DNA of 51,337 nucleotides from a virus. The notes beneath the pieces were generated by a model. That model did no database searches. It saw only the letters and a list, made by a program, of their open reading frames with translations, and was not told the origin of the DNA. The DNA is taken from IMG/VR virus record IMGVR_UViG_3300036846_000218, positions 1 to 51,337 of that record. One strand, 5' to 3'. Every line of letters starts with the position of its first letter. Position 1 is the first letter of the stretch. A program made the translations under genes and the position numbers. Below are positions 24,871 through 34,306 of this stretch, one piece after another.

Positions 24871-25523
24871 CTACTCCCGCCGTTTCTTTAGCCATTCGCT
24901 AACCACATTCTTATTGACTTGTGTAACATCCAATATCTCATGTGCAACCAGCAAATCATGGAAGTTGTACGTACCGTCCGTTGCCTCTTTCTGTTTCCAC
25001 ATCCCTTCAATCACCGGACGATAGAGAAAAACATCGATGCTTGGAAACGGAATTAATTCGCAGCTTCCAGTGTCAGAATGTTGTCGAATCCTCCGGTTAA
25101 GAAAAAAGGGGAGAGATTGAAGTACAACGAATGTGATGTAAGCATGACAACGGTCACAATGTCACTTTTCAATGCAGGAGTTGCAAAGTTGCCATTGGGC
25201 ATCATAACCGGCAAAACAACCTCTTTCTCTCCGACCATCGCATACTGTCCAACGACCTTGAGTGCTTCGCGCTGCACTTGTTCAAACAAGTCCCGGTCAA
25301 GAGTCATTAGCATCCCTTGAATCAAGGCGCGTGTAGCACCTTCCCTCTTTGTTAAATCACTTTCCTCTTCAACCTTCACATCCGGTTCGGTTGAGTTTTG
25401 CGAAAACAACTTGCGGAGAGAATCAATTAACTTAAACAACAGCCATGATCCAACCGCCGCATCCATTCGTTTGATTTGATATCGGCTACCACCGACAACA
25501 ATGTCCCTCGTATCACCGTCCAT
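24871..25523 (-). CDS. Tail assembly chaperone -1 frameshift fusion (GT-like)
   Basis: After T_TTT_TTC the -1 frame stays open (FFLNRRIRQHSDTGSCELIPFPSIDVFLYRPVIEGMWKQKEATDGTYNFHDLLVAHEILDVTQVNKNVVSEWLKKRRE). It ends at TAG 24871-24873, 4 nt before the tape-measure ATG. Confidence 0.6.
25053..25523 (-). CDS. Tail assembly chaperone (G-like, zero-frame product)
   Basis: 156 aa. It lies between the tube and tape-measure genes and carries the slippery site near its 3-prime end. Confidence 0.7.
   Translation of the reverse strand: MDGDTRDIVVGGSRYQIKRMDAAVGSWLLFKLIDSLRKLFSQNSTEPDVKVEEESDLTKREGATRALIQGMLMTLDRDLFEQVQREALKVVGQYAMVGEKEVVLPVMMPNGNFATPALKSDIVTVVMLTSHSLYFNLSPFFLTGGFDNILTLEAAN
25101..25107 (-). 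promoter_or_regulatory. Programmed -1 ribosomal frameshift slippery heptamer T_TTT_TTC
   Basis: The - strand reads CC T TTT TTC TTA in the zero frame (P F F L). The phasing is the correct X_XXY_YYZ pattern. Confidence 0.6.
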
Positions 25524-25541
25524 GCAATCACCTTCAATTGT

Positions 25542-26045
25542 TTACAGGGTTTTCAAATGACAAGCTAGCAGCGTCCATGTGATCATCGTTGGTTGCGCTG
25601 CATATGCCTTATCGGGAATCTTTGTAGGAAAGACGCCCAATGCTTCGTGAGACGTGCCGTCCAGCGTATTGCGTAACAGAAGGGCAGATGATGCCCACTG
25701 ACTAATATCAGCGGCATTGCACTTTTGCTCATGCAAGTTATGCCAGAACACAAGGAATTTATGCAAAATGCTGGTTTGCAAACACTCAATCGTGAGGCGT
25801 CCTGATCTGCCAGCAACAAAAACAGGCAACACAGTGCCGTCAGCAGCCGTTTCAGACGCACCGTGTTCAGTGATGTATTCGACCGTGACCTTGCCTTCAC
25901 CAATCGTTCCGGCAAATACCATGACACCGGCAAGCGGTGAAGTCATGGCACCGGTCAAATCCTTGAAGCTGTAAGTTGTGGCAACACCTTTGAAAACACC
26001 GGAAAACTGACTAATAGGATTCAAATTCGCAAGCGAAGTTGCCAT
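25542..26045 (-). CDS. Tail tube protein
   Basis: 167 aa, directly downstream of the sheath gene. Confidence 0.7.
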   Translation of the reverse strand: MATSLANLNPISQFSGVFKGVATTYSFKDLTGAMTSPLAGVMVFAGTIGEGKVTVEYITEHGASETAADGTVLPVFVAGRSGRLTIECLQTSILHKFLVFWHNLHEQKCNAADISQWASSALLLRNTLDGTSHEALGVFPTKIPDKAYAAQPTMITWTLLACHLKTL

Positions 26046-26048
26046 GTT

Positions 26049-27176
26049 TTACTCCTGAACGTAGACGCCAATCAAAACAGATTGAACTCCTGCCGTCAGA
26101 ATCACGGCACAATAGATTGGTACCGCTGCCCGGTTTGCAGGTTTAGCAACTGATGCATAGGTTGGCGATTGATTCAAATAACCCGGCACCACCATTCCCG
26201 CTGCTAATTTAAGAATGGTTTGACCGCTCCAAACGCCCGAAGACAACCAACCACGATTCACGGACTGACTGCAAGCAACGTTCGCGCCATGAAGCAAAAT
26301 CGACTGCCCTTCATCGGTTTGTGGTACCGCTGGAAACTGATAGAGAATGTTAGTCAAGCCGTACTGCAAATCAGAGCAGAGCATGTCTATGCCCAAAATC
26401 TGATCGAAGTATTCACCGGTCCCTGTCTTACCCGGCGAAAGACTGTTGTAGGTATTGGCGTAACTCGCGTACACGTTGCCATTGTTGCCAGAAATAATGC
26501 TGAACTGGGATGCAGTAACCGGTTCAACAGTCATGCCAATAAGGTTCTTGAACGGAAGAATGAAATAACTTCCGGCAAGCCCGGTGTTGCGTCCCATCGC
26601 AACACCCATCAAAGCGGCAGAGAGATACGCGTTACTAGGTGCGGCACCAGTTTGCGTTGTGGTGTAAACACCAATATACCGATTAAGAGTCAATGCTTTT
26701 AGCGCACTGAAAATATCGCCGGTTCCGGTTAATACCGCTGGAGTAGCAGTCTGAAAGAAAAGATAGGTTCGCGGGGATGCAGTTTGCGCCCATGATGCTA
26801 TCGCCTGATTGTCGGAATCTGCGGCAGCGGGTACGGTAACTGCATACCATGCCGGTGAAGCAACACGACATGCCTGTACAGCTTGCAAAAGTGTTTCACC
26901 GGTTGCCGCTTTGACTCCCATCCACAAATAGTACGGAGTCGGTATCTGACTAAAATAAGCTTGCGCTGCCAGATAATCAGGAGAACTAATTAAGAAACCG
27001 TCCGTGACCATCTGCGCCAATGCCGACAAACCACCGGAATACAAACGGCAACGTTCAGTAGTTGGGATAACACTACTGCTGCCAACAATCAAAGCTTGAT
27101 TGAATTGCGGTCCTTGAACCGCTGCCGGTGAGACTTGAACTGTTACCTGTACGATGCTATCTAAAGCAAGAGTCAT
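26049..27176 (-). CDS. Contractile tail sheath protein (short, DUF3383-like size class)
   Basis: 375 aa. Position before the tube, chaperone and TMP genes. The call rests on order and size. Confidence 0.65.
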   Translation of the reverse strand: MTLALDSIVQVTVQVSPAAVQGPQFNQALIVGSSSVIPTTERCRLYSGGLSALAQMVTDGFLISSPDYLAAQAYFSQIPTPYYLWMGVKAATGETLLQAVQACRVASPAWYAVTVPAAADSDNQAIASWAQTASPRTYLFFQTATPAVLTGTGDIFSALKALTLNRYIGVYTTTQTGAAPSNAYLSAALMGVAMGRNTGLAGSYFILPFKNLIGMTVEPVTASQFSIISGNNGNVYASYANTYNSLSPGKTGTGEYFDQILGIDMLCSDLQYGLTNILYQFPAVPQTDEGQSILLHGANVACSQSVNRGWLSSGVWSGQTILKLAAGMVVPGYLNQSPTYASVAKPANRAAVPIYCAVILTAGVQSVLIGVYVQE

Positions 27177-27180
27177 AGTC

Positions 27181-27795
27181 TTAACTCCCGGTCACTTTTA
27201 CGTCGAATGATTCGCCTGTATCCGTCTGCCCGATGACTTCAACAGAGGCTACGTTTCCTGCGGTGAGCGTTTCATCAATTTGCTCTAAAAAGTCAGCATT
27301 GAAATCGACTTGTTCCCACCAACGACCCTCATACAGTTCCGGCGCTCTTACCGGTGTTCCCATAACTGTAATCATGTACAACTTAGACTGTGCCAAGCTA
27401 TCATGCGTCCAATCTTCCAATAACATTGACTTAATCAGTCGAATCGTGTCAAAGGAATTCGGACCCCTTGCGCGAAAGAACACGTTCCACATGCGCGAGT
27501 AAGTTCTAGTTCGGTTGTGACTACCGTCACCGTTGTCAGTTCGTACTTCATCGCGCACTTCACTGTAAGGTGTGCTTTCTTCCCGGCAACGAATGAACAA
27601 CACATCGTCATCAATCGTGTACGCTGGTGCTCCGCTTGTTTGCCACGACAATCTTACTTTGGTATTCGCTAGTGGATCAGTGCTAGCAAGTCCAAGCATC
27701 AACGTTGTTAGTGCCTGAAACGTAGTATCCATCTGACCCGGCGATAATGCCGAACTGGTGTAAATATCGCCGTTTGGAAACGTGACACTGCTCAT
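27181..27795 (-). CDS. Neck / tail-completion protein
   Basis: The start is taken at the ATGA overlap (27795). About 204 aa. Positional call only. Confidence 0.4.
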   Translation of the reverse strand: MSSVTFPNGDIYTSSALSPGQMDTTFQALTTLMLGLASTDPLANTKVRLSWQTSGAPAYTIDDDVLFIRCREESTPYSEVRDEVRTDNGDGSHNRTRTYSRMWNVFFRARGPNSFDTIRLIKSMLLEDWTHDSLAQSKLYMITVMGTPVRAPELYEGRWWEQVDFNADFLEQIDETLTAGNVASVEVIGQTDTGESFDVKVTGS

Positions 27796-28157
27796 TGTCC
27801 ACTCATCCGGCAAGCCAACGCTTTCCAATAGCCGTAGTCATTCCACGGAAACACTTTTATCACCCGGTACTTTTCGCCGTGCCACAACACTATGTCACTG
27901 ATGCCGTGACTGTGATCAACGTTCGTTTCGTAAATCTGTTGTGTGCAGTGAATAGCAATGATAGCCGTTACTCTGTCACCTTCGGGAACCTGATCCAATT
28001 CTTCTGGTGTAGGTGGTTGAAGTGAACCCCACATGCCTACAGTCACAATTGAATCAACCCATGCACCCAATACCCAATTCCCGCCTTGACTTCGCGTGAT
28101 CGTGAACGATTGGGCGAAATCAGGATCATCAACGATTTCTGCAATTGAGAATGGCAC
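27792..28157 (-). CDS. Head-tail connector protein
   Basis: 121 aa with a GTG start overlapping the upstream TAG. DIVLWHGEKYRVIKVFPWNDYGYWKA resembles a head-closure or adaptor pattern. Confidence 0.45.
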   Translation of the reverse strand: MPFSIAEIVDDPDFAQSFTITRSQGGNWVLGAWVDSIVTVGMWGSLQPPTPEELDQVPEGDRVTAIIAIHCTQQIYETNVDHSHGISDIVLWHGEKYRVIKVFPWNDYGYWKALACRMSGQ

Positions 28158-28900
28158 TACGGCACCTTCGGCACAACATTAACGCCACCAAACATTCCAC
28201 CACTAGTAGCTGGTGGAATAGGCACGCCAACTGTTGTGATAGGTGGTTGCTGAGGCGTTTTAATAGGCTGAATTTCCTCGATCACGTAAGTAATCGACCG
28301 GCGCAACTCACCGGTATCGATAAGCGGAGTATTAATTGTGTCTAGCGGTGTCAGACCGTACTTAGGACGAAACTTATTCACGCTTTGCAACACAGCTTGA
28401 GCGGCTATGAATTCTCTGTTCGCTGCCGGTCCTGCACTAACCCTTACACCTTTCTTGTTCTTGCGGAACTTTTGCAGCTTGGCGATTTTCCTAGCAATAG
28501 TCGAAGGCGCGTCTTGCGCCCAACCGTTTCGCCGGTCAAAGAACCATTCTTTTGCCCGATTCGCCGCATACTGTCCGCACAATCTTAATTGAGAATTAGC
28601 AGCAACCGTTTTGCCGTCCAGTGCCAACGATGCCGCACTGTTCAAGTACTGCTGTATCTTTTCCTGATGTGCTTCTATGGACGGTTCAATCACCGGGCGC
28701 GGCGGAAAATTCCACTTCACACTACCGTTGGTGTGGATGTACATTAAACCGGCGTTTGTGACCGGTGCATACTTTGTTGGCGGACGGTTCGTTTCCTTTT
28801 CAGGAACCCCGACATACACCTTGCCTTCAGCGAGTCCTTTGACCGCTTCCCGCATGAACGAAAGATCACCGGTACTTGAAACTGACAGCGTTGGATTCAT
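28157..28900 (-). CDS. HK97 gp10-like tail-completion protein
   Basis: The start is at MNPTLSV (ATGA overlap at 28897-28900), not at the far-upstream ORF start. PLIDTGELRRSITYVIEE resembles the gp10-family TG.L..Si motif. Confidence 0.55.
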   Translation of the reverse strand: MNPTLSVSSTGDLSFMREAVKGLAEGKVYVGVPEKETNRPPTKYAPVTNAGLMYIHTNGSVKWNFPPRPVIEPSIEAHQEKIQQYLNSAASLALDGKTVAANSQLRLCGQYAANRAKEWFFDRRNGWAQDAPSTIARKIAKLQKFRKNKKGVRVSAGPAANREFIAAQAVLQSVNKFRPKYGLTPLDTINTPLIDTGELRRSITYVIEEIQPIKTPQQPPITTVGVPIPPATSGGMFGGVNVVPKVP

Positions 28901-29631
28901 ATGCAGAGCACCCCGCCTGATCCAACCGCTTTGCCAAACGTAATTAACTGTTGTCCGTAAGACGTTAGAGCGTAGCTGCCCCAATCCTCGAAACTCTTGA
29001 GTGGTTGTGAACCTACCGATACATCCCCGACTGATTTGGCAATCTGAATCCCCATTGCCAACCCTGCCGCCGCTACCTGCCCCGGTGTGGACCCCACACC
29101 ACCAGCTACCAACCGCAAGTACAGCGTTAGGTAATGCGCGATGTAGAGCGCCATGACAAAGGACCACATCTCGCAATACCGAACCTGCAAGATTGAATTC
29201 GTAGCAAGATAGATATAAGAATTCAGGACCGGCAACGGCACCAGCGGAGCAACGTAGACGGTGAGCGGAGCAACCCCGGTGTAGGTAGCCGGATTGGATA
29301 AAACCAAACTTGTCCCGGCAACGTTCACACTGGCAATGGTCGTTCCGCTAGGAATGCCCGTTCCGGCCACAGCTTGACCCGCTGCAAGCCCCGTCATGCT
29401 CGAAACGGATGTGACACTGGCGGAACCGCTGGTGAGCGTTCCTAGGGGCACAGCGGGGGTTCCCCCGAACTGCGGGAACCATGCGAAGAAATCGGTTGCG
29501 GAGTAGGGGGGATTGGTACCAATGAGAATGTTGGACGCGGAACTTAAATAGGGCCACCAGAACGCAAAGTCAGTTTCGTCATCCCACCCCCAGAGGTTTT
29601 GTAGACTCTGCTCGTAATCGGGATACGCCAT
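28897..29631 (-). CDS. Head-tail adaptor candidate (DUF4054-like position)
   Basis: 244 aa. FFAWFPQFGG near the N-terminus. It lies two genes downstream of the capsid gene. Confidence 0.4.
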   Translation of the reverse strand: MAYPDYEQSLQNLWGWDDETDFAFWWPYLSSASNILIGTNPPYSATDFFAWFPQFGGTPAVPLGTLTSGSASVTSVSSMTGLAAGQAVAGTGIPSGTTIASVNVAGTSLVLSNPATYTGVAPLTVYVAPLVPLPVLNSYIYLATNSILQVRYCEMWSFVMALYIAHYLTLYLRLVAGGVGSTPGQVAAAGLAMGIQIAKSVGDVSVGSQPLKSFEDWGSYALTSYGQQLITFGKAVGSGGVLCI

Positions 29632-29901
29632 CTATTTTTTCCATGCTGCCGGTGCTGCCGCTGGTAGACCTGTACCCGACTTGACGTGTCTCACTCTTGG
29701 ATCAACGGGTGTTTCGCCCTCTTCCTTGACGGGTGGTGCTTCCGTCACCACAATCGATTCCTCTTTCCGCGCCAAATCGAACAACCCGTCATCTTTAATC
29801 CAGTCTGGTACCTCTTCCTGATGCGCTGTTGCCGCTACAGCAAATTGTTCCTGAGTGACCGGATTGATAAACAGAAAACGTCTGTGAGCGATGATCCACA
29901 T
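29632..29901 (-). CDS. Hypothetical head-associated protein
   Basis: 89 aa with AGGAG 7 nt upstream of the ATG. Confidence 0.5.
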   Translation of the reverse strand: MWIIAHRRFLFINPVTQEQFAVAATAHQEEVPDWIKDDGLFDLARKEESIVVTEAPPVKEEGETPVDPRVRHVKSGTGLPAAAPAAWKK

Positions 29902-29978
29902 AAAGAACTCCTAACATTTTGAGGGACCGTTTTTTAATTGGTCCCTCATAAAGTACGACAAGTGATTGGACGATGGAA

Positions 29979-30995
29979 CTACGAGATACCGTCAAGGTAG
30001 TAGAAAGACTGATTCCTTTTGAATTGCGGTTGTCCGATGCAGCCATTGAACAACGTTTCGTAGGAACCGCCATCTTTCACGCTTGGAACGGTAAATACCT
30101 TTTGCGGTGGTTGCGGAGCATGAAGCAAGACGTTGTTCTCATCATTGCGATAGAAACATGCTCTGCCCACACCACCAGTGCCGATGGTGCTGATCCACGG
30201 ATTAGCAACCGGCTTGAACTTGAAGTCAACACCGTTCGCTCTGGCAATGTTGTTCGCTTCGATGTAGCGCCCAACACTCTCAAATCCGCCAACCCCGCCC
30301 AACACCATTGGAGAGAAGAGACTATTGAACGCGCCATAATCAATCAAGCATGTATCGGGGAAAGCATCAGCAGCGTACACGGCTTGTCCGACTGCTTGAG
30401 TCAAAGCGAAATTCACATCAGATTGAATTTCAGATGGTGCCTTACGGGACCAATTGCGCGAAGTGGCGGCAGCATTCATCGGCGCAAGAGAGTTAGTCAC
30501 AACTGGATTGTTCAACAACCCCGGATCACCCATCCAACCGTTGTATGTGACCACTTCCATTGCTTTATTCCAAACCAGCGTCACACCGTCCTCAAGTAGA
30601 GTCTGCAAGCTAAATGGAGCGGGTTGACCGCTTCGTGCCGCTGTTTCGAGTTTCTTCAAATCAATGACTGTAATCAGGAATCCAACTTGCCACAGCCACG
30701 TATGCCAAACACCCTTGACCACGTTCACTTGGATCATTGGCACGTCTGTATTGTTGGTACCTTGTAACCCGTACTGATTCGTGCCGGTGGACGCATAGTC
30801 AGATGCATAGGCAGTCAAGTAATCAGGCATACCCCCGCCAAATTTAACTGAGATATCGCGGGGATGCGTCATGCTTGACAACGGTTTGACAAGCGTTGGC
30901 GTAACAAGTTCAAGTTGAGCACTTAAAAACGCCAAAGATGAAGATGTTGCGGCATCGAAAGCATATGGTCCGTTGGTGCCACTCTTTTTGAACAT
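29979..30995 (-). CDS. Major capsid protein (HK97-fold, DUF2184-like)
   Basis: 338 aa. AFLSAQLELVTPTLVKPL...PRDISVKFGGG fits the DUF2184 pattern as I recall it. It sits after the scaffold gene. Confidence 0.7.
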   Translation of the reverse strand: MFKKSGTNGPYAFDAATSSSLAFLSAQLELVTPTLVKPLSSMTHPRDISVKFGGGMPDYLTAYASDYASTGTNQYGLQGTNNTDVPMIQVNVVKGVWHTWLWQVGFLITVIDLKKLETAARSGQPAPFSLQTLLEDGVTLVWNKAMEVVTYNGWMGDPGLLNNPVVTNSLAPMNAAATSRNWSRKAPSEIQSDVNFALTQAVGQAVYAADAFPDTCLIDYGAFNSLFSPMVLGGVGGFESVGRYIEANNIARANGVDFKFKPVANPWISTIGTGGVGRACFYRNDENNVLLHAPQPPQKVFTVPSVKDGGSYETLFNGCIGQPQFKRNQSFYYLDGIS

Positions 30996-31051
30996 AGCCT
31001 TAATGATCCACCTTTCAAAGAGTAATGTAGCTTTCGATGGTTGCTTGCAAG

Positions 31052-31636
31052 TTACGCGGCTACACGCTGCATTAACGTGACTTCCGCGACACCGTTTGAA
31101 TCAAGAACACCGGTACGAAACACGACATTTGGAATAACAACGGAGTTAGTACCATCAGCAACCGCTTCAAACCCACCCACTACACCGGCAGGAATCGCCC
31201 CGTTAAAAACGGTCCTGATGTACACCGGGTTTTGAGATACCGGTTGACCATTGTTGATTTTCACTGTGATCGAACCACGTTCCAAAACTTCAGCCATTGC
31301 TCCCGGCGTAAAATTTCCGAACTGTGCCGACTGAACATTGCCCCATGCAACAAACTGCAACATGGTTTTCACGTTCCGTACTGCAACCCCGGCGAATCGA
31401 ACAGCCGTAAAAGTACCGGGAGTTGCAATGAAGTCAGCAACAGATTGATATGTTCCACCCAATGAATCGGCAACAATCACAACCGGATCACCGAACTTAA
31501 TCGGGTTTGGTGTTGCTGGTAACACTTGTCGTGCAGCAATAACCCGCTCACCTAGACGCGAAGCATTACCGGGATAGCCAAGATTGAGACTGGTTACAGG
31601 AATCACACCACCGAAGCTTGTAATAGGAGACGCCAT
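31052..31636 (-). CDS. Capsid-associated structural protein (possible decoration protein)
   Basis: 194 aa, between the scaffold/protease and capsid genes. Confidence 0.4.
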   Translation of the reverse strand: MASPITSFGGVIPVTSLNLGYPGNASRLGERVIAARQVLPATPNPIKFGDPVVIVADSLGGTYQSVADFIATPGTFTAVRFAGVAVRNVKTMLQFVAWGNVQSAQFGNFTPGAMAEVLERGSITVKINNGQPVSQNPVYIRTVFNGAIPAGVVGGFEAVADGTNSVVIPNVVFRTGVLDSNGVAEVTLMQRVAA

Positions 31637-31694
31637 CAGGGAATCCTTTCACTTCTAAATTGAGAGGGACGAACCCCCGTAACCCGAATGTCAA

Positions 31695-33095
31695 TTACAG
31701 TTCCGTGTCAACCTTGGCACGTTTGTTGAAACGGTCCTTGTACTGCTTCTCAGCGTCGGCAATGCGCTTCAAATTCTGTTTGTTCACTTCAGACGCTTCT
31801 AACGAATCCTGCGCTGCCCGACTGCGCTTATTTGCAGCAACGGCAACGCTGCCGTACCCACCGCTGGTTTTGCCGGTTGATTTGCCAAGTGCCATCTTGC
31901 TAGCAGTGTCGAATACAGCAATGAGTTTCTTGTCGCGAGAATCAGCGATAATAGGCTTCAAAAGCCTGACAAAATTCCGCACCGCTTGCTTGCGAATCTC
32001 ACGCGCATCTGCTGCATCAACACCGGCACCGGGTTTTTCGGGACGATCAGAAGGTTCGATGGTCAAAGCACCGGCAGTATCGCTGCCTTCGTCGTTGCCT
32101 TCGTCTTCGCCCTCGCCCTCTTTTTTCTCTTCCTCTTCATCTTCAGCATCGGAACCGGACTTGCCCCACTTTTTAACTAAGTTACTCAACTCTTCAGCGT
32201 CGGCATCCTTCGATGCTGCCGCCTCTTCTGCACCATCTAACATCCGGTCTAATGCATCGTGGAAACGCTTGCGAGCATCGGAGGCATCTTTGCTTTCCGG
32301 TTCCTCTTTCTTCTCCGGTGGTTTCTCTTCGTCCTTCGCCGCTGCCTTCACTTCATCAACCATCGTTGGAGTTTTCTTCTCCAACTCAGTTGACATAGTG
32401 TCCAACATTTCCGCAACCTCATCAGGCTTGGCGTCCTTTGCCCATGCTGCAATTTGTGCTTTGCGACTGCGGGTAATCATTCTATCGAAGACGGCGAGAA
32501 CGCTCATTGTGACCCTTTCTGTAAGTGCTGGTTCCTTTGAATCTCCAATTGCTGCTTCGTGCCCCGCTCTACCGCTTTCTACTATCGCTACATGATTGCC
32601 GATGATATCGACTTGTCTAATCAATTCCCCATCTTTGAGGACGTGATAATTGTAGCCACAACTTAATTCGCGGAGTCCAGCTTTTATTTTGTCGATCAAA
32701 GGTTTTGACTTCACGATTAAGTCAGCAAGCAGCGGTAAGTCACCCGATTCAAGCGGTTCCGTACCCCGGCGAACATTCAATACCTGTCCCTGTTCATGGT
32801 TCTTGACGGTATCGACATTCAGTAATTCACTTGGATGCCCGTCCGTGACGGACTTACCTTCAAAGCTTGCAATCGTCTTCGGAGAGAAGACTTCATCAGG
32901 ATCACGGTACAAATTAACATCATCTTCGTCATCAACAACAATGTCTTGAGCCTTCAGTTCATCCGGGTCCAGTTCCCGCCCCTTGTAAGCTTGGAACCCG
33001 GTGCGCCCGATCACCGCATTCTTAAAGATCACGTACTCTTCAGGCGTTTCAACCCAATTCGGGGATAGGCTCACACCGTAATATGCAATTGGCAT
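31695..33095 (-). CDS. Prohead scaffold/protease-like protein (DUF2213-like N-terminus, acidic tail)
   Basis: 466 aa. The N-terminus is VIGRTGFQAYKGRELDPDE. There is an acidic low-complexity stretch DAEDEEEEKKEGEGEDEGNDEGSD. Confidence 0.6.
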   Translation of the reverse strand: MPIAYYGVSLSPNWVETPEEYVIFKNAVIGRTGFQAYKGRELDPDELKAQDIVVDDEDDVNLYRDPDEVFSPKTIASFEGKSVTDGHPSELLNVDTVKNHEQGQVLNVRRGTEPLESGDLPLLADLIVKSKPLIDKIKAGLRELSCGYNYHVLKDGELIRQVDIIGNHVAIVESGRAGHEAAIGDSKEPALTERVTMSVLAVFDRMITRSRKAQIAAWAKDAKPDEVAEMLDTMSTELEKKTPTMVDEVKAAAKDEEKPPEKKEEPESKDASDARKRFHDALDRMLDGAEEAAASKDADAEELSNLVKKWGKSGSDAEDEEEEKKEGEGEDEGNDEGSDTAGALTIEPSDRPEKPGAGVDAADAREIRKQAVRNFVRLLKPIIADSRDKKLIAVFDTASKMALGKSTGKTSGGYGSVAVAANKRSRAAQDSLEASEVNKQNLKRIADAEKQYKDRFNKRAKVDTEL

Positions 33096-33096
33096 T

Positions 33097-33309
33097 TTAA
33101 CTATCCTCCACCTTGCCTACAAGACTTGCGCGAACGAAACAATCCTTTGCTTCTAGCAGCTTCCGCAAACCAGCAGACTTTTCGGGACCATCAGGAATGT
33201 TTGCATCAAACCGATGCGCCAAGTCATGCATGAGTCTGCTCACCGGTTGCAACTCAGTCGATAGGTGCGAATACTCGAAAAACTTCAGAATAGGTGCCGC
33301 CATTTTCAC
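33097..33309 (-). CDS. Hypothetical protein
   Basis: 70 aa, tightly packed between the MuF-like and scaffold genes. Confidence 0.5.
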   Translation of the reverse strand: MKMAAPILKFFEYSHLSTELQPVSRLMHDLAHRFDANIPDGPEKSAGLRKLLEAKDCFVRASLVGKVEDS

Positions 33310-34127
33310 AACCTCATGAATTGCGTCTTTGAAAGCCGAAGAATCCTACCGTTCGTAAAGACTTTACTAGGCCAATCGACATCATCAACAGCAACCACAG
33401 GCAGAGCGATACACCGGCAGTTATAGATATTTCCGGCGTGATAGCTACCTGCGTTCTTCTCATGGACCAATAGTTCTGGAGAGGGCGCATCATTCCAATT
33501 CACCAATACTTCGCTCATATGACGATGCGACTTTCTGACTCGCGCATCGTGTGATGTTGACCACTTGTACCAATTAAGATTTAATTCCTCTGCTCTGGTA
33601 CGCGTGATTGCAGTGTCAGCTTTTGCAACTTCTGTTCTCGCTATCCGGCGAATCTGCCACTTTTTCAACTCGCGCATGTACGGCGCAAGATCGTGCAAGA
33701 TATCTTCCGACCTTCGCCCCGCCATCTGTTCCTGTTGCACATGATGTACAGTTCGTGCGGCAACCTCTTGCGGGATAGTCGAAATGAACTGCGCGTTCGA
33801 TTGAATTAAGAAATACAACCTGTCCCGCATCTTCGGTTGATTCATTTCCGTGCGGAGCAAGTTGTAAATCAAACTCCCTCTACCGGCAGTGTGGGCAGCT
33901 TCCCGCCATGAATTAGCGTTCTGAATACCTACATGGGTAATCATGTTTGAAGCTAGCTTCTGAGCGAACCCAAACAAGTATTTGACTGTCGTAGCGTATT
34001 CATGCACCAACTGCTGTGCTTCGTTCCACGTTTCAAAGGTTGGTATCTTAAAAAAATGTTGAAGCAATCTGGTGATGGCGTTCTCATACGCCACTTCCAA
34101 GCGCAATGGACGTTCAAAGGGTGTCAA
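33306..34127 (-). CDS. Minor head protein, Mu F / SPP1 gp7 family
   Basis: 273 aa. WSTSHDARVRKSHRHM...GNIYNCRCIALPV is the typical C-terminal motif of this family. Confidence 0.75.
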   Translation of the reverse strand: MTPFERPLRLEVAYENAITRLLQHFFKIPTFETWNEAQQLVHEYATTVKYLFGFAQKLASNMITHVGIQNANSWREAAHTAGRGSLIYNLLRTEMNQPKMRDRLYFLIQSNAQFISTIPQEVAARTVHHVQQEQMAGRRSEDILHDLAPYMRELKKWQIRRIARTEVAKADTAITRTRAEELNLNWYKWSTSHDARVRKSHRHMSEVLVNWNDAPSPELLVHEKNAGSYHAGNIYNCRCIALPVVAVDDVDWPSKVFTNGRILRLSKTQFMRL

Positions 34128-34306
34128 GATGCCTTACCACATTCACAATGGTCATCTGATTCTTGTCTAATATCTTTGAAGCATTTGTCACAGATGTACG
34201 GACACGCCAATCCGCTGCCGAAATGCAAGCCATCGCAAAACCTACACCTATCCAATCCCGGTTTTAATCCGCTATTTACAACTACTGTTTGACTCATCAT
34301 TGTCAT
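34124..34306 (-). CDS. Small Cys-rich protein
   Basis: 60 aa containing CRFCDG...CPYICDKC...HCECG. It overlaps both neighbouring genes. Confidence 0.5.
   Translation of the reverse strand: MTMMSQTVVVNSGLKPGLDRCRFCDGLHFGSGLACPYICDKCFKDIRQESDDHCECGKAS

Noticed and set aside
28901-29176. N-terminal 92-codon extension of the gp10-like ORF (28157..29176)
   Set aside because: The extension overlaps 28897..29631 entirely in another frame and is Gly/Arg/Cys-rich. The internal ATG at 28900 gives the usual ATGA coupling.
31660-32595. 311-aa + strand ORF antisense to the scaffold gene (also 29973..30599 antisense to the capsid gene, and 23767..24078 / 23773..24045 in the TMP Gly-rich tract)
   Set aside because: These are mirror-image low-complexity translations: a Ser/Ala-rich frame opposite a Glu/Asp/Lys-rich coding frame. 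They have no SD and sit inside a co-oriented, overlapping late operon whose products have recognisable functions.
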